DNA of 63,752 bases, counting the filler, from Reclinomonas americana ATCC 50394 (lineage: Eukaryota): NCBI GenBank assembly GCA_048213135.1. It is 18 parts of 18 records of this genome, joined end to end, with 100 filler letters (N's around TTAATTAATTAA, not from the genome) between each part and the next. Parts side by side here need not be neighbours in the genome. Positions count along the whole stretch, not along the records: positions 44,917 to 46,570 come from AFZH01017306.1; positions 46,671 to 48,480 come from AFZH01017307.1; positions 48,581 to 50,514 come from AFZH01017308.1; positions 50,615 to 52,001 come from AFZH01017309.1; positions 52,102 to 57,488 come from AFZH01017311.1; 13 more parts are not named here. One strand, given 5' to 3'. The notes under the pieces are model-generated. The model made no database searches, was not told the DNA's origin, and saw only the letters and a program-made list of their open reading frames with translations. Positions 46,365-57,488 of this stretch are shown in pieces (the first letter of the stretch is position 1; the number at the start of each line of letters is the position of its first letter). A program made the translations under genes and the position numbers.

Positions 46365-46918
46365 ATGTCATTCGCCAACCTCGCACTCCTCCACAGGTCT
46401 CTGGATGGACACAGTGGCCCAGTGACGAGTGTCGCTGTCGCACCCAATGGTCACCTCTGTGTGAGCGGAAGCGAGGACAAGGCGGTGCGAGTGTGGTCCA
46501 TGGCCAGTGGCGCCGAGGTGCGGCGGTTCGAGGGACATGCTGACTGGGTCAGCTCTGTCGCCGTCACTTTNNNNNNNNNNNNNNNNNNNNNNNNNNNNNN
46601 NNNNNNNNNNNNNNTTAATTAATTAANNNNNNNNNNNNNNNNNNNNNNNNNNNNNNNNNNNNNNNNNNNNCTGCACTCAATGGCCAGCATGTAATCGGTG
46701 GCGGCGTTGATGGAAATGTACATGTGTGGTCCTCGACACACGCCAGTGCCTGTGACGAACTCGACAGTGGACGACGAGCCTTGCAGGCCGTGCACGAGAT
46801 GCAGCCGGAGGATGCGGATTCACGGTGCCTGCCGGAGATGGTGCTGCGGTGCTTCGTAGTGGAGGAGGCCGAGGTCGTGGTATTCCGCTGCAGCACGAAT
46901 CCTGATCTGCATTGGTAA
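46365..46918 (+). CDS. WD40 + tail array gene 4 (interior lost in gap)
   Basis: MSFANLALLHRSLDGH... runs to the gap. The post-gap last blade is nearly identical to that of gene 3. Tail ends PDLHW*. Confidence 0.75.
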
Positions 46919-47085
46919 GGCGGCATGCAAGTAAAAGCCACCTACTTGACAGCCTTGTTCTTTCCTTCCGTGCTCTCTATCAACCAATACACAGAAGCGT
47001 GGGTGACTTCTGCAGCCGTGCGAGAGCGACGTCGACGACAGATGGTGTCAGGGTGTCCTTCTCTTCTCCCTTCGTTCGTTGCCCC

Positions 47086-48159
47086 ATGTCATTCGCCGCC
47101 CTCGCACTCCCACACAAGTGTCTGGTTGGACACACTGCCGCAGTGTACTGTGTCGCTGTCACACCAGACGGTCACTACATCGTGAGCGGAAGCGACGACA
47201 AGGCGGTGCGAGTGTGGTCACTGGCGAGTGGCGAGGAGGTGCGACGGTTGGAGGGACACGCCGATGCGGTGATGTCTGTCGTCGTCACCCCAGACGGAGA
47301 GTTCATCGTGACTGGGAGCTATGACACGACAGTGCGAGTGTGGTCACTGGCGAGTGGCGAGGAGGTGAGACTTTTGCGGGGGCACAGCGGCCCGGTGATG
47401 TCTGTCACCGTCACCCCAGATGGAGAGTTCATCGTGAGCGGGGGCCATGACCACACTGTGCGAGTGTGGTCGCTGGCTAGTGGTGATGAGGTGCGACGGT
47501 TGGAGGGGCACACTGGGTGGGTGATGTCTGTCGCCGTTACTCCAGATGGTCAGCATATCGTGAGTGCTAGCGACACTGTGCGGGTGTGGTCAATCGCCAC
47601 TGGTCAGGAAGTGCGACAGCTGGGGGAAGGACACCCTCAGTCGCTAATGTCGGTCACCGTCACTCCCGATGGTCGTCACATTGTGAGTGGAGATGTGGAC
47701 GGGATACTTCGAATGTGGTCTATGGAGAGTGGTGAAGTGGTGCGACAGATGGAGGGGCACTTGAGCTGGGTGCACTGTGTTGCCGTGACTCCCGACGAGC
47801 GACACGTCGTGAGTGGGAGTTTTGACAAAACTGTGCATGTGTGGTCGCTGGCGAGTGGTGAGGAGGTGCGGCGGTTGGAGGGACACGCGCAAGCGGTCTC
47901 TGCCGTTGCTATCACCACCGATGGTCGACACATTGTGAGTGGCTGCAATGACGGCGTTGTGCATGTGTGGTCGTCGACCTACGCCTGTGCCTGTGACGAA
48001 CTCGACAGTGCACGACGGGCCGTGCTGGCCGTGCACGACATGCAACAAGAGGATGCGGATTCGCGGTGCCTGCCGGAGATGGTGCTGCGGTGCTTCATGG
48101 TGGAGGAGGCCGAGGTCGTGTGCTTCCGCTGCCTTGCTGACCACGATCTGCATTGGTAA
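47086..48159 (+). CDS. Intronless 7-blade WD40 + tail, array gene 5
   Basis: MSFAALALPHKCLVGH..., seven repeats, tail ...ADHDLHW*. Confidence 0.93.
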   Translation: MSFAALALPHKCLVGHTAAVYCVAVTPDGHYIVSGSDDKAVRVWSLASGEEVRRLEGHADAVMSVVVTPDGEFIVTGSYDTTVRVWSLASGEEVRLLRGHSGPVMSVTVTPDGEFIVSGGHDHTVRVWSLASGDEVRRLEGHTGWVMSVAVTPDGQHIVSASDTVRVWSIATGQEVRQLGEGHPQSLMSVTVTPDGRHIVSGDVDGILRMWSMESGEVVRQMEGHLSWVHCVAVTPDERHVVSGSFDKTVHVWSLASGEEVRRLEGHAQAVSAVAITTDGRHIVSGCNDGVVHVWSSTYACACDELDSARRAVLAVHDMQQEDADSRCLPEMVLRCFMVEEAEVVCFRCLADHDLHW

Positions 48160-48331
48160 GGCGGCATGCAAGTAAAAGCCGCCTTCTTGACAGCCTTATT
48201 CTTCCCTTCTGTGCTCTCTATCAACCAATACACAGAAGCGTGGGTGACTTCTGTAGCCGTGCGAGAGCGACGTCGACGACAGATGGTGTCAGGGTGTCCT
48301 TCTCGGCCCTTCTCTCTTCGTTCGTTGCCCC

Positions 48332-49280
48332 ATGTCATTCGCCGACCTCGCATTCCCCCACAGGTCTCTGGTTGGACACACTGCCGCAGTGTACTGTGTC
48401 GCTGTCACACCCGACGGTCACTACGTCTTGAGCGGAAGCGACGACAAGGTGGCGCGAGTGTGGTCACTGACGAGTGGCGANNNNNNNNNNNNNNNNNNNN
48501 NNNNNNNNNNNNNNNNNNNNNNNNTTAATTAATTAANNNNNNNNNNNNNNNNNNNNNNNNNNNNNNNNNNNNNNNNNNNNGTGGTCGCTGGCTAGTGGTG
48601 ATGAGGTGCGACGGTTGGAGGGGCACACTGGGTGGGTGATGTCTGTCGCCGTTACTCCGAACGGTCAGCATATTGTGAGTGCTGACGACACTGTGCGGGT
48701 GTGGTCAGTCGCCACTGGTCAGGAAGTGCGACTGCTGGGGGAAGGACGCACTCAGTCGCTAATGTCGGTCACCGTCACTCCCGATAGTCGTCACATTGTG
48801 AGTGGAGATCTTGATGGGAACGGGATACTTCGAGTGTGGTCACTGGCGACCGGGGAGGAGATGCGACGGATGGAGGGGCACGTGAGCTGGGTGCACCGTG
48901 TTGCCGTGACTCCCGACGGGCGACACGTCGTGAGCGGCAGTAATGACAAGACGGTGCGTCTGTGGTCACTGGCGAGTGGAGAAGAGGTGCGGCGGTTGGA
49001 GGGACACGCGCAAGCGGTCTCTGCCGTTGCCATCACCCCCGATGGTCGACACATTGTGAGTGGTTGCAATGACGGCGTTGTGTACGTGTGGTTGTCGACC
49101 TACGCCTGTGCCTGTGACGAACTCGACAGTGCACGACGGGCCGCGCAGGCCGTGCACGAGATGCAACGAGAGGATGCGCATTCACGGTGCCTGCCGGAGA
49201 TGGTGCTGCGGTGCTTCATTGTGGAGGAGGCCGAGGTCGTGTGCTTCCGCTGCCGCACGGATCCCGATCTGCATTGGTGA
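48332..49280 (+). CDS. WD40 + tail array gene 6 (gap inside)
   Basis: MSFADLAFPHRSLVGH..., gap 48481-48580, four more blades, then tail ...TDPDLHW*. Close paralog of gene 5. Confidence 0.8.
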
Positions 49281-49911
49281 CGACGGCGCCAGAGAAGAGC
49301 AGAGCACGTGCGCGCTGACAGAGAGTCTGTTGAGCTGACGATCTTTATAGTCACTTTTTGTATCATGTAGAGTGAGTGAATCGACGAGGTTGCGCACTTG
49401 CCGACCGTGTTCCAGTGCCCACTCGCACAGCGAGTACTGATGTGCAGAAGCAACAAAACAGCCACAAGGCGTTCTGGTGTCGACGTCAAATTCGGGCTTC
49501 GCAGATCGCGCATTCCAGAGCCGCGAACGCTGATGTCTTCACCTCCGTTGCATACCTCTCTTGCAACTGCGGACGTCAACCAATATCAATCGCCGAAAAC
49601 GGACTGCAAAGACGAATTCGATCGCGATTTTACAAGTAGCGGCTGCGGCAGGCGTCTCTGTGAACAATGCTCTTCGATGTCGTGCATGCAAAACAAGGAT
49701 AATTGTAAGTGGACAAGAAGAGACAATGCTCGCCGGCGCCGATTGTCCATTATAAACGGCGCTCATTGCACGCAAGGTGATCGCCTCTCTCTCTCCCCCG
49801 CCTCTCACACACACCTCCGCCACCACTCACACACTGTGCCCTCTTGCTCTTGCTCCCTCTCACGCATTGCAGCAGCACTGTTCCTCCCAAGGGCAAAACA
49901 AAGAAGGCGAC

Positions 49912-50618
49912 ATGGCAGCAGAGGCAAATGGCAGCAATCGCTCTCGTTGCGCGCACAGACACACACACACACACTGCGAGAAAGAAAGAGAGAGAAAGAG
50001 ACACACACACAAACGCACACTCTTTATGCACACGCGTACGGGCATCTTTCATGCGTGTCTCACTTGCTCTCTCTCTCTCTTTGTGTCTTTTGTTTGTTAG
50101 CTGGAGGCGAGGACGCCTATGGACCTTACGACTATGCGGCAATGATGGCGGCTGGAGGTGACTCAGCATCGGAGAGACCTCCGGAGGAGGAGCTGGAGGA
50201 GCTGCGACTTCGGTTTGAGCAGGAACAGGACTTTTTGGAGGCGCAAAAGGCTGTGTTGGCGCTCAAGAAGCTGCAGATTCGGTGGGTGGCGTGAGGGAGA
50301 GAGAGGGGAGGGGGGGGGGGGGGAGGGGAGGAAAAGCGGGGGAAAAGGGGATGGGAGAGAGGGTGCGGAGAAATCCGGTGATTGCGAGGGTGTATTCTGA
50401 GATATTGGCGGAGAGGGAGTGAGGGAGGGAGGGAGGGAGGGAGAGGTGGAGAGAGAGAGAGAGAGAGGAGGAGAGAGAGGAGGGAGGAGAGAGAGGAGGC
50501 GTAGTGGTCGGTTGNNNNNNNNNNNNNNNNNNNNNNNNNNNNNNNNNNNNNNNNNNNNTTAATTAATTAANNNNNNNNNNNNNNNNNNNNNNNNNNNNNN
50601 NNNNNNNNNNNNNNTACA

Positions 50619-50694
<76 letters not shown>

Positions 50695-51674
50695 TGTGTG
50701 TGTAAGTATTGCGGTTGTGTTCCTTGAACAGACTGACTGCTTCGTGATTTTGGGTTCCAACGCATCTTTGCGTGAGACACGCACGCGACACATGCACACA
50801 GGGAGAGTGAGAGAGCTTGTGTGGCATTTGGTTCTTGAACGGACTGACATGATTGGGATTCGAAAGTGCTTGTGTCTGCCCGCGAGTGTCAGGCGTGTGA
50901 GACGAGGAGGAGAGACAGATTGCAGGCATTGCTTATGCAGAGGAGTGTGGCTATCTATTTTAAAGAGAAAGAGATTGATCCTTCTCCCTCTCCTGCCTTG
51001 TCCTCCTCCTTGCCCACTCCTGCAATTCAACTGCCACTTTGACACTCACCCGTTCCCCCTCCTTTCCCCTTCCCCCTTCCCCCTTCCCCAGTGAGGGCAA
51101 CCGTCGACGACTGAACATGCAACAAATCTACGAGGAACACCGAGAAGCGGTGGCCGACCATCAAAAGCAAGAACTGGAGAGCGTGAAGAAGGAGTGGGAG
51201 GAGAGACGGCGCGAGTTCCGGCAGGCACTGCAGCAGGAGTTGTTGGGGATGAAGGAGCGACACAAGCTGGCCATGCGCGAGGAGGAGATTGCGTTTTTCC
51301 AAAAACCCGGCAACACTCGCGTGCGCTTCTCACGAGAGGTCATCAACATGCGGTCGATTTTGGATCGGTTGATCAAGCAGAAGCAGTATGCGCAGGCTGA
51401 GGATATTGCGCGGAATGTGGAGCGATTGGTGAGTGGAAGACGGGAGAAGGGGAAGGAAGGGAGCTGGTAGAGGGAGGGTTTAATGCTGAGGCCTCGCATG
51501 CTTCTTACGCTCTTTATCTGAGAGTCTTGCAGCCTGGCGATTCGTGTTTCTCTCTCTCTCTCTCTTTGTGTGTGTGTGTGTGTGTGTGTCTCTCTCTCTC
51601 TGTCTGTCTGTGTGTCTGTGTGTCTGTGTATCTGTCTTTCTGGCTGTCTTCCTGTCTGTGTGTCTGTCCGGCTG

Positions 51675-51726
<52 letters not shown>

Positions 51727-52118
51727 GTAATCGCACCTTCCATCGTCTTGCGGTTTCACGCCTGTGCCGTCTCTCTGCCGAGCATGGTTGTCTTGTTGTC
51801 GTCTCCATGCTGACTTTACCTGGAACGTTGCTTGTTTCTCTCCCTCTCCTTCCCTTGCTTATCACTATTCGAGTTCCTTTGGTTTGGTATTTCTCTCTGC
51901 ACGCGTGTCTCTCGTCATTGCCACTTTCTTTCTTTCTCTCCCTCCCTCCCTGTCACCTCTCTCATTCTCGTTCGCTCTCCCTCGTACTCTCTCTCTCTCT
52001 CNNNNNNNNNNNNNNNNNNNNNNNNNNNNNNNNNNNNNNNNNNNNTTAATTAATTAANNNNNNNNNNNNNNNNNNNNNNNNNNNNNNNNNNNNNNNNNNN
52101 NGACGGACGACGACGTAC

Positions 52119-52183
<65 letters not shown>

Positions 52184-55100
52184 CAAGGATGGTCGTCAAG
52201 GATCAAGGAGCCCATTCTCTTTCCCCTTCTCTCCTTGTCTTTCCTTTTCACGTATCTCAACACGCTTTCTCTCCTTCTGTCTGCCTCTGTTGCTCTCTCT
52301 TTCTCTCCGCATCTCAATCTGTCTCTCTGTATCGGACTGTCAACCACACTTGCGCTGCTGCAAATGACCTCTTTACTTATCTGTGATTATGTAATTCTCC
52401 TCTGCCTCTCTCATTAAACCTTTTCCTCCCTTTCCTCGTGCATCTCACTCACGCGCTTTCACCTGTGCCTCAGAAGAACTGCGGAGCATTCGCCAGCTTC
52501 GCGAGGTCGAAGTGATCAAGCGATGCGGCATTATGCAAAAGGGCGACGCGTCGACGGGCGGCAAGGAGCAGATGAAGGTTTGACTCGCCTCCACCTTGTC
52601 CTTGTCAAAAAGCCGTGTGAACTCACTGGAGAGTCTGGCAGACATTCAAGCTCGGCGACATGCTCCGTCTGCGCAAACTGCTGCCGCATGCGCGCAATCC
52701 CGCCGACGATGTGATTATGGTGGAGCGTGATGGGATTCTGTTCCGCATGGGAGCCAAGTACGTGTGCATTCCGGGAGATCCCTCAAAGACGGTGAGTGGG
52801 TGTGGAAGATCCTATCCTTTCTTGTTCTCTCCTTATATCTCTCTCTCTTGTTCTCTCTCTTGTTCTCTCTCTTGCATCTCTCGCTCTTTTTCTCTCCCTC
52901 TCTTTCTCTCTCTGTTTCTTTCTCTCTCTCTCTCTCTTCCACTTCTCCTTGCTGCTCACCGAGTAACTTGCAGCCTCTCAACAAGCATCCGCTGTGGGAA
53001 GCCTTGCTGGTTTGTATGCGGTGATCCTCCATTGAACGAAACCGCGACGTTACTAATTGTAGAAATGAATCGCAGAGTGGACCGCGCCTCACGGACACAG
53101 CGTCGGAGGTGACCTCTCAAGTTGCGAAGAGATTCATGTGGTCTGGCGTTGTCAAGAGACTCACTGTGCATCGTTCAAACAGCTGAGTGAGAGTCGATCG
53201 CCACGATACCCGACACCGGAGCATCCGATGTACGGCGACTCACCGATGGCGCCAGGGTGAGTGATGAATGGGTTAGAAAGCAAAAAAAGAGAATACTTGG
53301 TGCTGTGAACTTGCGCTATAATCATGCACCTCTTGCAAATAGGAGAGAGAGAGAGAAAGCGAGAGAGAGAGAGAACAAGAGCCATTTTTCGTTCTCTTGT
53401 CGTTCTTCTAATGCTTCCTTCAACTCTTCATCGGCAATGCTTTCTTTTGTGGGAGAATTGAGTCTCGCAAGCAATTGCTCGCTCCATCTCTCGCCACGCA
53501 GTCTCCGCCTCCCTTGCTCTTCACTCGTTTATCTCGCTCTGTTGTCTCATCTTTGCTCTCTTGTACTTCATTCCACTTCAACAAATTTTCCACTCTTGCT
53601 ATACGATTCTCTCTCTCTCCGTGCCCGTCTTCTCCAAACTCGCGCCCTCTCCCTCTTCATCTCGCTCTCCCCCTTCTCTTCCCCTTCTCTTCCGCTACAC
53701 TTCCCACTTCTCTTCCCCCTTCTCTTCCCCCTTCTCTCCCCTCTTTTGCTTTCACTTTCCCATCTCTCCCCATCTCTCCCCCTTCACTTTCCTCTTCTTT
53801 TTTCCCCTTCTCTTCTCCCTTTGCTCTCCTCCTTCGCCTCTTCTCCTTCTCTTCCCCCTTCTCTTCCTCACTTCCCCCTTTCCCCTTCTCTTCCTCCTTC
53901 CCCTTCTCACACCCCTTTCCCCTTCATCCCACAGCGCCCCACTCTCCCCCAAGCGCTCTCCGCGCCACTCCTTCTCCTCCTCCTCCATTGGCCCGTCGCA
54001 CCTGGACGAGCACTTTGGCCGCCAGACGCACTCGGCCATGCACCGGCCACCGCCGCTGGAGCGCCTGGACAGTCTGCGTGTACTGAGCCCGCTGGTGAGA
54101 CTCTATTCAATGATGCCCTGCATTCACCGTTTCCCCCCCATCTCACTCTCGTGCTGCAGGGCTCACCACCCATGGGCTCCCCGCGCTCTCGTGCTGCAGC
54201 CGCGGCGGCAGCTGCAGCAGCGGCTGCTGGCGGCAACCAGTCCATGACCGGGGCTCCGTCTGTGGCCTCGGCCGCCGCCGCCGCCCCCACTGCGGCGCCT
54301 GGCATGCCACCGTCAGTGTACGTGCCACCACCGTTGCGTACATCGGCCAGCCAGCCGGGCGGCATTGGTCTGCACTCCTCCACATCGCCGAGAAGATATC
54401 CGCTCTCGCCGGGTCGCGCACCATCGGAGCACGGTGGTGCAGGCACACCGTCGTCGACTGTGCGCTTTGCCGATCAGCCCAACCTGGTGCGCACGCCGCG
54501 CAGAGCAGGCACACCGCAGGGGCCGTCGCTGCAGGTCGAGATGAAACGTAAGTGCTGCACACACACGTGTCTCTGCTTTGCTCGTGCTCACCATGTGAGC
54601 GTTTTGTGCAGCGCACCCCAATCTGCGGTACTTCACCAAGTCGGACGAGCCGGTGATGGTGCCAGACGTGCAGTTCTCGGTGAGCTACTCTGGAGGAGAG
54701 AGAGAGCTTTTGTTCACCGCAATCACCTCACTTGCTGTGTGCAGACAAAGCCGCTGGCCACCACCGATGCCACGGTCAAGATCCTTATGATTGGCAACTC
54801 GTCAGGTACACTCGCAGCGTCTCTGTTGGTGAATCAACTCGCCCCCCTCACACACATTCGCAGTCGGCAAGAGTGTCTTTTGCCAAAAGGTGTCGCAAAA
54901 CGACGACTCGTACGATCCTTCCAGTCTCCGCGCCACCGTTGGCGGTTCGTGCCACTTGATCGTAATGCGTTGCAGTGAGAGAGTTCACCATTGTGTGCCT
55001 TGCAGTGGAGATGTACAGCCTCTACGCCAAGTTCCCCAATCGCAACGTGAAGATTTTGGTTTGTCATCTCGTCGGTGTCACATTCTGCGAGCTTTGGAAC

Positions 55101-55727
55101 TCACCTATCTTCGCATGCAGCTAATGGACACGCAAGGCTCCGACAACACCATGACGGTCATCTCCAGCTACTTCCGGAGGGCGCACGCGTACATACTGAT
55201 GTGCGACGTCACGGATCGACAGTCGTTTGAGGTGAGACACCAGAAAGCCAGTTTTGTACCCTCCTTCTTCCATCATCTCATAGTCTCGCAGAACCTGGAG
55301 CGCTGGCACGATCAGGCCCAGTCCGCCGGTCGGTCGCGCAATTCCTACACGCTGTTGTGCGACACGGCAATTGCCAACAAGGTCGACAAGGACATTCGAC
55401 AGTATCGCGTGCGACAACGCGATGCCTTCCAGCTGGAGAGCAAGTATGATTTGCAAGTGTTGCGTTGGATGGTGGTGTTGTTGTTGAATGCGTGATGATG
55501 TGACGACTGACTGCGTGTGTGGGATCCCCAGCATTCCGTGCTCAGCGCTGTCAATGAGCAGCGAGACGCTGCGCCAGATTCTGGCGCGCACCGTCGTGTC
55601 GGTGCTGCGCCGCATGGACGACTTGTACTATGATGCCGACAAGGCACAGTCGATTGCCGAGTGGGACGTGATTGGCATTCAGCAGCAGCGCGCGCAGATT
55701 GAGAAGAAGGCCTGCTGCAATTTGTAG
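49912..55727 (+). CDS. Coiled-coil (UVR-like) protein, apparently fused through a Pro/Ser-rich linker to a C-terminal Rab-like GTPase with a CCNL prenylation motif (multi-exon, two gaps)
   Basis: N-part: FEQEQDFLEAQKA...FSREVINMRSILDRLIKQKQYAQAE. Exons from 52473 to 55727 splice in frame to G1 GNSSVGKS, G2 ATVGVEM, G3 LMDTQGS, SYFRRAHAYILMCDVTDRQSFENLERW, G4 ANKVD, G5 CSAL, and KKACCNL*. The link across the 52002 gap is inferred. Confidence 0.65.
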
Positions 55728-55753
55728 TCCTATTTGAGGGATAGAGTGTTTGA

Positions 55754-56241
55754 GGGGAAGAATGGGAGAGTATTGTGAGAGTGAAGTGCATGTGCGATGA
55801 TGACGCGTTACTGTGGGCATGAAGACTGCATTTTCTCCCGCCGTCAACCTCACATGCCCCCCTCACCGTCGTCAGCATCCTATTCCATTCGTCGCACCTT
55901 GTCGGAGCCGGGAGAGTATTGTGAGAGTGAAGTGCATTATTGTGCGATAATGACGCGTTACTGTGGGCATGAAGACTGCATTTTCTCCCGTCGTCAACCT
56001 CACATGCCTCCCTCACCGTCGTCAGCATCCTGTTCCATTCGTCGCACCTTGTCGGAGCCGTCGCCGTGTTGGGGAGAAGAATGGGAGAGCATTGTGAGAG
56101 TGAAGTGCATTATTGTGCGATAATGACGCGATACTGTGGGCATGAAGACTGCATTTTCTCCCGTCATCAACCTCACATGCCTCCCTCACCGTCGTCAGCA
56201 TCCTGATCCATTCGTCGCACCTTGTCGGAGCCGTCGCCGTG
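55754..56241. repeat. Three tandem ~150-170-bp copies of the NCBP2 3' end (last codons, stop and downstream flank)
   Basis: ggagag.attgtgagagtgaagtgca...catgaagactgcattttctccc...gtcgcaccttgtcggagccg recurs at ~55765, ~55911 and ~56084. Confidence 0.9.
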
Positions 56242-57456
56242 GTCTTCTTCCTCTTCATCCTCGTTATCGTCGTCGTTGTCATCCCGGCCTCCACGCTTCC
56301 GCCGCTTTCGCGAGTGTCCGTTCTCGGCATCGGAGCCGTCGTCGCTCGTGGCAGATTCGGGGCTGCGGCTGCGCTTCCGTCCGCCTGTTGATGACGAGTG
56401 AGTCAGCAAGAAGACGAATGGAAGGAGGTAGGCAGGAAGATGATGTAGACCTCCACCACGCTCCGCCGTGTCCGACGCGCCGTCATCGTCACCGCCGGCG
56501 GCGGCGGCGGCGGCGCTCTCGTCACCACCCATGTCGCCGGTGGACTCGGCGTTGGCTTGCAGGATGCGGGCCACGGCTGTGATAAAGAAGGCGTTTTTTT
56601 CAGGGAAAGAGATTCCAAGTCTGCTTCGCTGTGCTCTCTGTTGTCGGCGTGGCTGTCTGTTTGTCTCTCTCAACCTTCTGCGTGTGTGTGCGTGTGTGTG
56701 TCACTCTGCTCTTCTCTCTCTCTTTCTCTCCCTTCCATCCCTCTCTCTGTTGTCGGTGTGGCTGTCTGTTTGTCGCTCTCAACCTTGTGTGTGTGTGCGT
56801 GTGCGTGTGTGTGTCGTTCGCGTGACTGTCTGCATGTCGCTCATTAGCTTCTTCTTGCTGCGCCCAGAATTGTCTGCCGATGCGCCTCTATCACACTGAG
56901 ATGTGGAGCACATGTTTCTGCACTCGACTTAAGGCAGTATTTCGAGCATGGTCACGTGATAACTTTCTTTATGTGTCTCTTCCATTGCTCTCTCACGCTC
57001 CTCCTCCGAGCAATCTTCTTGCCCCTCCTTATCTCGCTCTTCTCCTCTCCTCTCCTCTCCTCTCCTCTCCTTTCCTTTCCTCACTTCTCTTCTCTCTCCG
57101 CACACACCTTCCTGCCCCTGCGCCGCAAAGTGGTACTCCTGCGGCACAACGATATTCTTGCCAAAGCCGCCTCGGCCAGGGTCGTGATCTGTGCGGTACT
57201 CGTCGCGGATCTGCCCACCAGTGGAAAAATGAGTCGAGGGTGACACGAGAAGGTACGAAGCGTACAACATGCTTTCTCTCTCACTCTCTTGCCCTTCTAT
57301 ATGGGTGTGCGGGGGTGTGGCTCTCTTCCCGCGCACGCATGAATGAGCAGAAAAGGTGAATCAGATTCAACACTCACTCTGCAAGATCTCGCTTCCTTTT
57401 TGAAGTGCCCATCGTCTCGCGCGCGTGCGTGATTCACTCGCATCGCCCTTTCTCTT

Positions 57457-57488
<32 letters not shown>

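Noticed and set aside
43162..49280. WD40 genes as the C-terminal part of a NACHT/NB-ARC NLR
   Set aside because: Each unit has its own ATG just before blade 1 and its own stop, and no P-loop NTPase sequence is visible nearby.
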